Shown: piece after piece, positions 1 to 11,779 of the stretch
Position numbering within the stretch: the stretch's first letter is position 1
Layout: each line of letters begins with the position of its first letter
NCBI GenBank assembly: GCA_964016885.1
Contig: OZ024742.1
Span: 200,632,001-200,696,000, forward strand
Direction: 5' to 3'
DNA length: 64,000 nt
DNA from: Eledone cirrhosa
Lineage: Eukaryota
Program-made: the position numbers and the translations under genes
Notes under the pieces: generated by a model
The model's database searches: none
What the model saw: the letters and a program-made list of their open reading frames with translations, nothing else
What the model was told of the DNA's origin: nothing

Positions 1-125
1 AAATATATTTTCCGAAGAAGATACAGAGAAGCATTCCGTCGTCAGGGAGGTCTATTCTCATCTAAGTATCCAGGCAAAGCGTGGACACTGGAAACTTATT
101 AAAATATATATATATATATATATAT

Positions 126-371
126 AGTTCCAAAAGTAATCCGGAGAAAAATAGAAAGATTTGAATGGATACAGTTTAGTTGAAAGGAATTTATTGACAT
201 GTGTTTCTATAACAGTTACATAACCTGAAAACAGCTGCTATCTACAAAGTTTTAGTTATGCAGACATTCAATATTGAGACATTTGTAGATACCAGCTGTT
301 TTCAGGTTATGTAACTGTTATAGAAACACGTGTCAATAAATTCCTTTCAACTAAACTGTATCCATTCAAAT

Positions 372-375
<4 letters not shown>
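126..375. mobile_element. (TA)n-flanked fold-back fragment of an HHR/PLE-terminal element (same family as 20370-20820)
   Basis: About 90-bp inverted arms (~159-250 and ~281-371). 126-275 is the reverse complement of ~20590-20735. Confidence 0.75.
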
Positions 376-412
<37 letters not shown>

Positions 413-483
413 AAAAGAGTTAGGACTCTAGTGTGTTATTGTCCATCTGGTTCCTGCGTTCCTTCGTTACCACACTTTCTTCG

Positions 484-536
<53 letters not shown>

Positions 537-539
<3 letters not shown>

Positions 540-669
540 TTTGCTCTAAACATTACGGGCGCTCTATCTCAAAATTATTTTTGAAAAGCATTAGAAATGC
601 GCAACCGGTTATATATATATATATCTATCTCAAAACTATTTTTGAAAAGCATTAGAAATGCGCAACCGG

Positions 670-709
<40 letters not shown>

Positions 710-717
710 CCGGTTGC
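537..717. repeat. Copies of a 50-75 bp motif ending AACCGGTT, interleaved with (TA)n, left of the PLE
   Basis: 537-610 and 623-670 are direct copies. 537-610 is the reverse complement of 3227-3302. Another direct copy lies at ~3303-3357. Confidence 0.85.
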
Positions 718-719
718 TA

Positions 720-788
720 CTCGAAAGTCACAGGGACCTCCTCGAAAGTCACAGGGACCTCCTCGAAAGTCACAGGGACCTCCTCGAC
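720..788 (+). repeat. 21-bp tandem repeat x3 at the PLE 5' truncation junction
   Basis: CTCGAAAGTCACAGGGACCTC at 720, 741 and 762. Confidence 0.95.
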
Positions 789-2343
789 TCTAATCGAGGA
801 AGGCATTAACACCATATGGACTAACATCTGTGTCCAACGAAAACTGCCAAAGAAGGTAAAAAACAACATAATGACTCGAAACAGCAAATTACCCACCTTC
901 TACCACCTGGTCAAAACACATAAACAAGGACCCGATTTGAAAATCAGGCCCATTGTCTCTAGCGTGGAGGGCCCACTCTATAAAATATCGTGGCTGCTCT
1001 CCACACTACTCAAACCTATTCTACACACACTACCAGCCCACGTCTGCAGCTCAATGGAAGTCTTGGAGCGACTACACCATCTGGCGCCCAACACCAGAAA
1101 GGACAACGGTTATGCCTTTAGTCTTGATGTGGTCTCCCTTTATACCTCCGTACCAGCATCCCCAGCTGTCGACCTGTTGACCGAACGAGTCCGAGCATCT
1201 AACCTACACTGCTTCGGACTCACACACACGGACATCCACCAACTCCTCTCCTTCGTTGTGGATAATGCACTCTTCAATTTCCTCGGCCACACGTACAAAC
1301 AAATCTCTGGGCTACCTATGGGCTCTAGTCTGTCCGGCATACTTGCGATCTCGTACATGGACCACCTGGAACGCAAGGCACTCAATACCTGCCAACCCAA
1401 CGCCGTCGCCTTCTACTCCAGATACGTTGATGATATCCTGATACTTACTTCTTCCCGGGAGATGGCGAATGAAATTCACCAAATCTTCAACGATACTGAC
1501 CAACACATCGATTTCACCATCGAACACCCGGGAGAAGACGGGTCACTCGCCCTCCTCGACTTCCGTATCAACATCTCGGAACAAGGAGACATAAACACCT
1601 CTTTCTACCGCAAAGCAGCGTGCAAGGACCTATTTGTGCATTATAACTCAGCCCTCCCCAACAACGCTAAGAGAGGCTATGTCCTAAATGAACTGACACG
1701 GATCACTAACAGATGCAGCGACCCGATGGGTGGTCTCACCCATACCACGCAATTCCGTAATCTACTCAGATCTAATGGTTATCCCAAGCGACTGATTAAC
1801 GGAATTAGAGACCCCAGACCCAGTAGACCGACACCCACTAGAAAACTTAATATTAGCAGGTGCTTCTTTAAAATCCCCCACCTGAGTGAATATACCACGA
1901 ACGCCATCCGCAGGGCCATACGTACGGAGGGACTTGACATACATTTGGCCCACACAGGACCTTCGCTGCGAAGATGCCTCTCCAACAAACCCTACGAGGC
2001 AGATAGGACTTGTTCCCTCAGCAACTGCCCGATACGGGGGGCAGATTGCCTACGCACCTATGTCGTATATAAGATTCAATGCGATAAATGTAACAAGTTT
2101 TACATAGGTAGCACCATCCGACCCCTACATGTTCGTATCAAGGAACATATCAACACCAACGCATCTTCCTTCCGTAAACATATCCTCAAATGCGGAAACC
2201 CACAGGGTAGACCCTTGGTCACAGTCCTAGCGACTGAACGCAGCATCGGATCCTTAAGGATAAAGGAAGCACTTGTTATTAAGAACCTCAGACCCCCACT
2301 TAACAACCGGGCTGAGAGAAATGAGCTGACATGGCTAATTTAA
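721..2343 (+). CDS. PLE polyprotein: reverse transcriptase plus C-terminal GIY-YIG endonuclease (N-terminus missing; the tracked ATG at 658 is read-through from the flanking repeat and microsatellite)
   Basis: PLE RT motifs KTHK..KIRPIVS, SLDVVSLYTSVP, YKQISGLPMGSSLS, RYVDD, FTIE, LALLD and FYRK. Cys-rich linker CSLSNCP..C. GIY-YIG VVYKIQCDKC..FYIGST..RIKEH, and KEAL.I...PPLN. No internal stops; TAA at 2341-2343. Confidence 0.92.
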   Translation, partial: SKVTGTSSKVTGTSSKVTGTSSTLIEEGINTIWTNICVQRKLPKKVKNNIMTRNSKLPTFYHLVKTHKQGPDLKIRPIVSSVEGPLYKISWLLSTLLKPILHTLPAHVCSSMEVLERLHHLAPNTRKDNGYAFSLDVVSLYTSVPASPAVDLLTERVRASNLHCFGLTHTDIHQLLSFVVDNALFNFLGHTYKQISGLPMGSSLSGILAISYMDHLERKALNTCQPNAVAFYSRYVDDILILTSSREMANEIHQIFNDTDQHIDFTIEHPGEDGSLALLDFRINISEQGDINTSFYRKAACKDLFVHYNSALPNNAKRGYVLNELTRITNRCSDPMGGLTHTTQFRNLLRSNGYPKRLINGIRDPRPSRPTPTRKLNISRCFFKIPHLSEYTTNAIRRAIRTEGLDIHLAHTGPSLRRCLSNKPYEADRTCSLSNCPIRGADCLRTYVVYKIQCDKCNKFYIGSTIRPLHVRIKEHINTNASSFRKHILKCGNPQGRPLVTVLATERSIGSLRIKEALVIKNLRPPLNNRAERNELTWLI

Positions 2344-2394
2344 CCATAATGACCATTCACAGCCTACGGCCTGCTATATTCACACACACGCACG

Positions 2395-2705
2395 TATATG
2401 CATACCCATACGCATGCACACACACTTCTATATTTTACACGCACACATGTTTTTACAACCTACCACCTTTCACACCCTTTGATTTCCAGCTTCTACAGCC
2501 CACTATCTTTCACACACAAACGCACTCACACATATACATACACAGTTACACACACACATGTATACCCATACGCTTACACACACACACTTCTATATTTATA
2601 CACGCACACATATTTTACAACCTACCACCTTTCACACCCTTTGATTTCCAACTTCTACAGCCCACTATCTTTCACACACACACACACTCACACATATACA
2701 CACTT
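2395..2705 (+). repeat. About 162-bp tandem duplication in the PLE 3' region
   Basis: TTTTACAACCTACCACCTTTCACACCCTTTGATTTCCA..CTTCTACAGCCCACTATCTTTCACAC begins at 2451 and again at 2613. Confidence 0.9.
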
Positions 2706-2955
2706 ACACTTATACACACACAGTCACACACACACACATATATATTTACATACACATATCTTAAGGCTTTCACACGCTAACGCACCCTCTTGATCTAACC
2801 CATTTGGTCAGTAGCTTTTGCCACAGCTTATCACGCGCACGCGCATTCTCTCCCTCGTTTAAATTTTAAATATTTTTCTCCCCATAACGGCATTCCTGTC
2901 TTAACGACATCACCACTTTCTCCGCTTGGCCTGTTTTCCCCCCTTTTGGAACTTT

Positions 2956-2991
2956 TCCCCCGTTGATGGGCGTGAGCCCGAAATATTGGGA
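2956..2991 (+). ncRNA. Degenerate minimal type I hammerhead ribozyme of the PLE terminal repeat
   Basis: TCCC-CCGTTGA-T-GGGC gtga GCCC-GAAA-TATT-GGGA. Stems I and II pair. The core differs from CTGAnGA at two positions. Confidence 0.55.
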
Positions 2992-3184
2992 TTAAAATCT
3001 CTACTACGGTAACCCTTCTACCTTTGTTTTGTTTTCATCTTTGTCTCTCTCAACTCTCACTTTCACCTGTTTTTCCTATCTATATTTCACTTCCTACCTC
3101 GAGATTTCCCTTTGCATTGTTGTGGCTTTCTTAAATACGTATTTTTACACATTTCACAATGCTTCAAGCAAACTTTAACACCCT

Positions 3185-3229
<45 letters not shown>

Positions 3230-3735
3230 CCGGTTGCGCATTTCTAATGCTTTTCAAAAATAATTTTGAGATAGAGCGCCCGTAATGTTTAGAGCAAACA
3301 TCACGGACGCTCTATCTCAAGATTATTTTTGAAAAGCATTAGAAATGCGCAACCGGTAACACTTAAAACCAAAACTGAATACTAACCAATACTATTACTA
3401 ATTTTTACTTATTCCTAATTAAACTATTTTTCACTGTGAACAATTTGTCAGCATTTTCTTTTCCTTTTACTAATATATCACAACTCGTGTGTTACACCTC
3501 TATTCTTTTAAATATATATATATACGCAAAGTGTTCTAGAGGTTAAGAAGTTCATTTCGCATGGCGTGGAATTTTGATCAATCTTCATTTATCATAGTTT
3601 CGAATCAACTGGTGCTGTGTGGGTGAAATTCAACCGATGAAAGTAGTGGGAACGTAAATACCGCAAATCATTGTATTTCTGACGCTGTACCAATTCTATC
3701 AATTCCTCTTCTATTCCTGCTGCTGCTACCAAACT

Positions 3736-3737
<2 letters not shown>

Positions 3738-3805
<68 letters not shown>

Positions 3806-3827
3806 CACCACCACCACCACCACCACC

Positions 3828-3885
<58 letters not shown>
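3738..3885. repeat. (TAC)n/(CAC)n compound microsatellite
   Basis: Direct inspection. Confidence 0.97.
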
Positions 3886-4448
3886 ATGGTATTGATAACA
3901 AACAGGAAAAGAGATTTTTGAAGTAAAACATGATACTCTGAAATTTAGACTGTGGAAAATATGCAAAGAATCACTTATTACTCTACTCTACAAGAATCCA
4001 TTCGTTGCAATGTCTTGGAAAAATGGAAGATTTTCATTTGTCTCATATTTCACAGAGACATGAATCCCTTGATATAATGAGCATGAAGGATTTTGTGTTT
4101 TAGTGGAAATAAGTACATACGTATATATATCTCTACGAGGTTATAATCAAAATCGTAATCGTTATATGTGTGTGTGGGTGTGAGTGTGTGAGTGTGTGTG
4201 TGTGTGTGTGTATAGGTAAATAGAGACGTCTCGCTCGGAGTCATAACGCCAGACACATCAAATTCCATGCTGTTCTGACATGTTGAGGTGAACGGTGTCA
4301 CAATATCAGACTCACCAATGGTCGTGCTGTTGTACAGGAACATATATATATATATGTGTATAGATATATGTATATATATATATAGGAACATATATATATG
4401 TGTATAGATATATGTACATATATATATATATATATATAGGAACATATA

Positions 4449-4501
<53 letters not shown>

Positions 4502-4660
4502 ATACTTGGGGAGGGTCATATTGTTGTAATAATATTGCCAGAATTAATAACAGAACACACTCACTGTTTGGTTGGTTTTCGCTTCTGTATCTTTTATATC
4601 GGTTAATTCATTCGGTTCTCAATGTTTACTATTGACTGACCAACGGTCAAAAATACAGAT

Positions 4661-4843
4661 ATAATTGTTTCTATTATTGTCACAAGGCCAGCAATTAAGC
4701 ATATTACTGGTACTTTATTTCATCGACCCCGTAAGGATGAACGGCAAAGTTAATCTCGGGGGGATTTGAACTCAGACCATAAAGCGCCGTAACGCTGCAA
4801 ATCATGGCGTCCGACCCTCTACAGATCGTGCCAATCCACCGCC
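4661..4843 (-). mobile_element. tRNA-derived SINE, family A (MetaSINE-like central domain)
   Basis: A-box-like TGGCACGATCTG, B box GTTCAAATCC, core AACTTTGCC.TTCATCCTTACGGGGTCGAT.AAATAAAGTACC. Confidence 0.85.
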
Positions 4844-5013
4844 ACCAAAAATACAGATATAATATAGATATAAACACATATATATAGTCTAACAAAGTTC
4901 TTTCGTTGCACATCTGCAACATCGTCAGTGGTGCTATTATGTTCGTCCTGTTGTCCTCCCCAAGTATAACAATATTTGTTTCGACACACGATTTCATATC
5001 AAAAACCTCGCAA

Positions 5014-5051
<38 letters not shown>

Positions 5052-5052
<1 letters not shown>

Positions 5053-5425
5053 GATATATTACCAAATGGAAACTATATTTATAAAACCATATTTATTTCA
5101 TTATACATATTTCAAGGACACCAAGTTAAATTATGGTGTGTTTTCATCAGATAAAATATAATATAGATCAGTTTTATAAAGAAATATTGACATACCCTTA
5201 AAGAATGCGACCATTTCTGTTGGAAGCTCCCGGATAGTGGGGTTATAAATTTATTTATACTATTATGCATATTAGTGTCGGATATTTTTAAATCACAGTA
5301 GATTTAAAATAAACCGTTTGTTAATATATCGTATTTTTACTCCAATAATTTGTTGAGTGCTTTATATCAGTTATAAAAATATTTGCTTGTTGTATCCCAA
5401 CTATATAAATAGAACTTCTACATAT
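5052..5425. mobile_element. Inverted HHR mini-element (same family as 55626-56545); HHR on the minus strand at ~5095-5158
   Basis: 5052-5240 matches the left arm 55626-56020, and 5321-5425 matches 56443-56545. The minus strand reads TTTTAT-CTGATGA-AAACACACCA..TGGTGTCCTT-GAAA-TATGTATAA. Confidence 0.75.
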
Positions 5426-5506
5426 ATTTCTCATCTCGGGAATAATTTTGAATAGCGCCAGTTCGTAATTTGAACTAGGGAATTTTATATTCTCCGAGTG
5501 AAAAGA

Positions 5507-5593
5507 ACCTTCTGACGAGAGTTTATCTTTCAAATGGAAGGCCGCAAGGACTGTCCATTTATTTTTGAGACTCGAAACCGATTCGGTAAAGGT
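5507..5593 (+). ncRNA. Type I hammerhead ribozyme with a complete core and an extended stem II
   Basis: Stem I ACCTT/AAGGT; core CTGACGA; stem II GAGTTT/AGACTC enclosing AAATGGA/TCCATTT; GAAA; stem III ACCG att CGGT; GTA cleavage triplet ending at 5588. Confidence 0.88.
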
Positions 5594-5659
5594 AACCATA
5601 GTGAGTACAGTGAATTTTTTGAATTTATTTTGAAACTTTTTCTTATTTGCTAAACCTTG

Positions 5660-5697
<38 letters not shown>

Positions 5698-5734
5698 ACA
5701 GCATATATATAACTGTACAACAGCATATATATAA

Positions 5735-6070
5735 CTGTACAACAGCACGACTGTTGGTGAGTCTGATATTGTGACACCGTTCACCTCAATGTGTCAGGCA
5801 TATCTTTCGTCTCTTTCGAGCCAGCTCGATTTCTCAGTTGCCTCCGATAATGCCATCGACATGTGTTTCCCTCTTTTTGTCACAAGTCTGAGACCCCCGA
5901 GTAACGAGCCAACCCTGATTCCGACAAATCCTCTGACTCTGGCCTCTACAGGGAAACAGAATGCCTCCCATCCGTAATGTTTCACTGTACTTCCATAGTC
6001 GATGCTTGCTTTTCAAGAGACAGTAAGTTCCACCATCTTCAACAATGTCTTTTCCTTGCATCACAAGAGA
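5735..6070 (-). mobile_element. 3' end of an RLE-type non-LTR retrotransposon (HERO/NeSL-like), degenerate
   Basis: Frameshifted remnants ..VELTV.., GWEAFCFPVEARVRGFVG and LSEATEKSSWL. Its 3' UTR (5733-5797) recurs inverted at 4275-4338. Confidence 0.65.
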
Positions 6071-6504
6071 AGTTGGGTTTCTTGGTGGTAAAAAAAAAAT
6101 GAAAAATGATCACCTCCCATTTTCTTTCTTACAGTTGCTGGTTTGCACTGTTCTCCTTTGTAAATCTTCACTCCGCTTTTCTCCACTACTCTAAGCACGT
6201 GGTGGATTGCCAGAGTCGTTAGTGCATCAGATGAAATGCCTTGCGGTGTTTCGTTACGTCCTTTTGTGTTCTCGTTTCAAATCTCGACGAAGTCAACTTA
6301 ACCTTTTTTATACAATGAGAGATGGGCAGAGCGAGAGAGACGGAAACAAGGAGTGAAAGAGAGGAACATCAAAACACACGCACACACGCACACATGCACA
6401 CATATACGCACACATAAATACTTATATATATATGTGTAAATATGTTCTCAAGTGTAGGCTTTCATAGTCTCTAATGTCTTGCGCCTCCCTAACCGATAAA
6501 TGAA

Positions 6505-6596
6505 AATAGTAGTAGTAGTAGTAGTACCCCCACCACTACTACCACTACTATTACCACCACCACCAAACCACCACGACTAACACCACCTCCACCACC

Positions 6597-6643
<47 letters not shown>

Positions 6644-6840
6644 CACGACCACCACCACTACCACCACCAAAACCACCACCACCACCAACACCTCCACCAC
6701 TACTACTACTACCACCACGACCACGACGACGACCACCACCACCACTACCACCACCACCACCAACAACAACACTACCACCAACACTACCACCACCACCACC
6801 ACCACCACCGTCACCGCCACCACCGCCACCACCGCCAACA
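6505..6840. repeat. (TAC)/(CAC) degenerate trinucleotide tract
   Basis: Direct inspection. Confidence 0.95.
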
Positions 6841-7138
6841 CCAGTATCATTCCGTCATCCGTCCGATTACAATTGGTCACATCTGTCAATAGCTATTAGT
6901 CTAACTACTAACAGTGTCTCTATGTAGTAACTACATGCTCGTCTATGTACAAAGAGAATAACGGTATGATGAAACAACAGCTGTTGACTTTGTTGACACT
7001 AAACAGTCAATCATTAACGGCCAGATAGCCTGACTTCGAAAAAGAAAATCAATCTTTTAAGAAATACTATTAACACGTGATCTATCACTCTGCCTATCTG
7101 TCGGTCTGTCTGTTGGTCTGCCTATCTGCATGTCAGTA

Positions 7139-7238
<100 letters not shown>

Positions 7239-10200
7239 CCTGTTTTACTTGAGACGTGTGCCAGTTCGCTGGTAAGTTTTTGTTGATTTTCTAAGTAAGA
7301 AATCAAAAACAAAACCACGACATCACTCCAAACACAAACAACTACAACAAAACGAAAGCTCCCACAAGAACAACAGACAAAAACCACCGCAACACAACAA
7401 GAACATTACACATACATAAACAGTAAAAACAAAACTTTATTGGAGGTTATCTCCAACGACCCTTCGGTGAAAACCGAAGGGAAAACTTTTTGTAGACAAA
7501 GGTGATTAGGGTCCCTACGGACACCTATAAGTCGTTAAAGGAAAACTTTCCTAAGGACGTGGGTAATCCTTTGTGTTAAACCCATTAACCACGTCCTTTT
7601 AAAAAGTTTCCCCACCCTCACCCCAGACACCCCCACCCCAGACACCCTCACCCAGACACACCCACCCAGACACCCCACCCCACCAAACATCTCCGTAATC
7701 ACCCCGCCGGAAACCTCCACCCAGACAACCCCTCTAACACCCCATGGAAACCGTGCGGCCTGATCCCCGGGAGACGAAGAGGCGAGTGTTTTCTTCTCTT
7801 CTTTTAACTTTTCAGAACCAACATGGCCAATATAAGAGTTTGATGTGTGAATGCACGCTGCCTGGGGATGCGCTGGAAACAGGGCAAACACTTAAACGCC
7901 CTCAGGTCGCACAGTATGGATGTAGAAATAAGGATAGGGACATGTTAAGCTGTCCACAAATGTTCATGGTTGCCTATTTAGATCACAAACTAGTGACCTG
8001 CATGGTCAACGTTGATAGAACCCATAGACAAGAACCCGGCTACTGGAAGCTGAACTTGTCGTTACCGACATGCAAAGCCTACAGTAGACGGATTAGCAAT
8101 TTAATTAAACAGCACTTGACAGGGGCCATTGTCAACAACAGATGGTGGTACACTCTCAAGAGGGCAGTTAGATTAGACTCGTTAGTTTTTAGTAAAGAAT
8201 TAGCGTTAGATAGAAATAGGACCGAGAAGGAACTGGTAGATAAAGTTGAAGAGGAAATTAGAAGTGGCAACGTAGCCAGCGGTCTAGCAACGACAACGGC
8301 CTTGGACCAGTTCTTCGACGCAAAGTACAAGGGCTGCGTTGTCAGAAGCAAAATACGTGCTCTGGGAAACGAGGGAGCCAAAGCTGTTAGCTGGGCCCGA
8401 GTGACGGAGGCAAACAGTGGCAACAAGTCCACGATTCGGTCTTTGAAGGACCAAGACGTACGCGTGATACGTGAGCCGAAGCAGATGTGTGTGGCCTTTC
8501 AGCGGCACTTTGCTCAACTGTTCGGGCAGGGCGGCGCGCCGGAAGGGGCTATGGATTTCGGTCCATACCTCGACGGCCTACCGCGACTCTCGGACAGCGA
8601 AGCGAAGTTCTGCGAAAAGCCGATTTCAGCCGCTGAGATAGGGGACGCACTGAGCCAATGCGGCAAACGAAAATCTCCAGGTCTCGACGGTCTACCCTAC
8701 GAATTTTACGTAGCAATGCCGGACATATTCTCCGGTCTCCTAGAGGCGGTCTACTGCAACTGGCAGCAGAACGGGAAAATTCCCAGTTCTGTGACCGGGG
8801 GCGTAGTCAAACTAGTCAGGAAGGACGAGAATAAGGGGGATCACATAGGCAACTTCCGGCCCATAACTCTGCTAAACACAGAGTTACAGATTTTGGCCAA
8901 GGTGTTGGCAAAGAGGCTGGCGCTTGTCGTCTAAAACTTAGTGGGAGAAGCGCAGACATGCGCAATCCCGACCAGGTCCATACACGACAACCTCCACCTC
9001 ATGCGATACATCATAGAGAGAGTAGGGTGTAAACCCGGTTTCGGTGGGGCCCTGATCAACTTGGATCAGTCTAAGGCTTTCGATAGGGTTGAGCATCGTT
9101 ACCTGGATGCGGTGCTCTAGGCGACAGGCTTCGGACCTGTGTTCAGGGGTTGGATTGCTGCAATGCACAACAGCAACATCTGCTGAAGGGTCAAGGTGAA
9201 CGGCTACCTCTCGGAGCCGTTCCATATCACGCGATCCATCCGACAGGGATGCCCTCTCTCCTCCCTTCTGTACGTACTGACTCTCGAGCCACTACTGCGG
9301 AAGTTGGAGCTATTGCAGGGCATCCCTCTGGAACCTGGACTGCGGAAAGCGGCGTCGGCCTACGCCGACAGAGTCACAGTAAAGGTGTCAAGCGCCTCGC
9401 AAATCGAGGAAGTCGGCACCTTACTGAAGTAATACGAAAGGTTCACAGGAGCGAAGCTGAACCGGGACAAGTTCATCGGTTTGCAGCTCGGATCGTGGAG
9501 AGGCAAACCGCTGCCTTCCGATGGCGTCGTTGGACGCTGGACGGTAGGTCCGGGAAAGCTGCTCGGGGTCTGGTTTGGTCCTGACCTCCAGGTGGAGAAA
9601 ACTGGAACGAGGTGACGGCCAAGGTGTTTCCACTCACCCAGAAGTGGGCCGAGTGCAAACTATCCTTGAAAGGTCGAGCGGAGGTGGCGAACACTTTTAT
9701 AGCGTCCGCCATCTACTACCGCTTGACCGTCGTGTCTTGTCCAGTCAAAACGCTCACCAAAATAGAGCGCACGCTCTTCCAATTCCTTTGGAAGAGGAGG
9801 GCTGGGAATGCCGTGGCTGACAATGCGCAAACACGCGCTCAGGCTGCGGCATCTCTACGTATTCCTCACCAGACAACCGGTGTGGGATCCGTTCGTGAGG
9901 CGAGCCTTCCCACGTCTCGTCTCGCTGACCGAGCTACAGTCCTGGGTCAAGCAAAGACCGAGGAAAATGGGCGACTGGCACATCCAATGTGCTCAGGCGC
10001 TCACAGCCCTCTGGCAGGCGGACCCGGCGATCAGTGGAGACTCTACTTCGTCATTCTATAGAGGGTTGATCCACAGCAAGTGCGATGGAGCGCTCGGTGA
10101 AACTCTAGGCGTAGAGGAAGACAAACTGGCCAGTCTGTTCTGTAGAACCTTCCGCCCGGGACCGATGGACAACTTCCAAAAGTCCCTGGCCTGGCAGTGC

Positions 10201-10928
10201 TACCGTGGAGCTCTACCAGTTCGAGAAAAGCTCTACAGACACGGGCGCACGGGCAGGGACCCTGCAAAAAAGATCTGTCCGGGGTGCGTGCAAGACGAAG
10301 AAACCGTCGCGCACGCATTCATACACTGCCCGGGCATTACCGACTTGTGGGGCTATGTAGAACAACTATTGTCGCGGGTGGGACCAATCCGGTTGACCAC
10401 TGAGTCCATTGTCATGATCAAACCGCCACCCTCCTTCAACAACGAAGGAGAGGTGGTTTTCCTTTGTGTGATAGCTATGGCGAAAGAGGTTGTATGGTGG
10501 ACAAGGTTGAAAGGGCTGAGGTCAGACACCTTTCTCTCCGGCCAACAACTGATTCTTTTTTTCAAATACCACTTTAGAAGAAGAATCAGGATGGAGTGGG
10601 AGGTGCTGTACCCCAGCAAGTTTTATGAAAGGTGGGTGAAAGTGGCGAGAATGGCCAGAGTGAATGGGCCTTCTCTCTATACCAGCCTGTAGGTTGAGGA
10701 AAAAGAGGAGGAGAAGAAAGGGGTACAAACTCTTCGTACTCCTGGAGGTGAGGGTTGCACATTTTTTTCGGGGGTATGTGTTACCCATATGAAATGTCTC
10801 CTCCTATTGGGGAAAATCGATTAACTTTTTAATTGTATTTGTAATAGTATTTTACGTTTTAATTGTATGTAAACTTTCCCCTTTGTATTTGTCCCCTTCT
10901 TTTGTGCCCCTGTGGCTAATAAAGAAAC
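7239..10928 (+). mobile_element. L1/Tx1-clade LINE, internally deleted (ORF1 and most of the endonuclease missing), inserted in (TATC)n
   Basis: (CTAT)n at 7138-7237 and 10930-10982 on either side. AATAAA at 10918. ORF2 motifs are listed in the next feature. Confidence 0.9.
7918..10692 (+). pseudogene. Disrupted LINE ORF2 (end of APE endonuclease, RT, CCHC zinc finger)
   Basis: LDH..GYWKLN, KSPGLDGLPYEFY, NFRPITLLN, LDQSKAFDRVEH, RQGCPLS, YADR in place of YADD, and CPGC..ETVAHAFIHC. Stops near 8932, 9118, 9184 and 9430, plus frameshifts near 9600-9810. Confidence 0.92.
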
Positions 10929-11016
10929 ATATCTATCTATCTATCTATTTATCTATCTATCTATATATCTATCTATCTATCTGTCAGTCTCTTGTCTGTC
11001 TATCGCCCCCAAATGA

Positions 11017-11186
11017 CTCTTCTTCTTCTTCTTCTTCTTCTTCTTCTTCTTCTTCTTCTTCTTCTTCTTCTTCTTCTTCTTCTTCTTCTTCTTCTTCTTC
11101 TTCTTCTTCTTCTTCTTCTTCTTCTTCTTCTTCTTCTTCTTCTTCTTCTTCTTCTTCTTCTTCTTCTTCTTCTTCTTCTTCTTCTT

Positions 11187-11216
<30 letters not shown>
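11017..11216. repeat. (TTC)n microsatellite, about 200 bp
   Basis: Direct inspection. Confidence 0.98.
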
Positions 11217-11217
<1 letters not shown>

Positions 11218-11349
11218 TCCACTCTCCCTTCATCAATATATCGACAAATAAGTTAAAGGCTTTTAACTTACGAAGTAAAATGTTTACTGAGTATTTACTA
11301 AAAAGACACACACACACACACACATACACACACACGCACACACATATAT

Positions 11350-11439
<90 letters not shown>

Positions 11440-11779
11440 ATACTTTGGGAGGGTCATGTTGCCAATATATATATATATAGAGAGAGTATTAAAGTGTTCG
11501 CTCCGACATAGCTGTATACATTTAGGTATATGTGTTTTGTATATTTTGCGATATTCGGTATGTTTACGAATACATATTTTAAAGCCTTTAGGTATGCAAT
11601 TTGGAAGGCGGATTCCAGCAGAAGCAGGGGTGGGTAATCTGTCTCAGGTCGTTATCAAGACAACGCTCCATTACCCGGTTCTCTGCTGGAATTCAATATA
11701 GGCGAAAACATATAGTTTTGATGGCTAGGTACATGGGCTGATTAGCCTCATTTGCATATAGAGTGTTCAGATCGGGTAT

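Larger units (their letters stand above)
720..3186 (+). mobile_element. Penelope-like retroelement, 5'-truncated, inserted in (TA)n
   Basis: RT+GIY-YIG ORF, CA-rich 3' region, HHR-like motif at 2956-2991, pyrimidine-rich tail, and (TA)n on both sides. Confidence 0.93.

Noticed and set aside
658-720. ATG start of the 561-aa ORF (MRNRLYIYI...)
   Set aside because: It lies in the flanking repeat and (TA)n tract and is a chance in-frame extension of a 5'-truncated PLE.
720-788. CRISPR-like short repeats (also 41605-41700, 61397-61770 and the SINE array)
   Set aside because: These are contiguous tandem units without unique spacers, with no cas genes, in a eukaryotic context.
4275-5797. 63-bp inverted repeats 1.4 kb apart as TIRs of a DNA transposon
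   Set aside because: The sequence is the 3' UTR of the HERO/NeSL-like fragment. No TSD or transposase was seen, so two oppositely oriented retro-copies explain it better.
7535-7891. 118-aa minus-strand ORF in the LINE 5' region
   Set aside because: It is the antisense of a C-rich short-repeat stretch and has no ORF1 or zinc-knuckle motifs.
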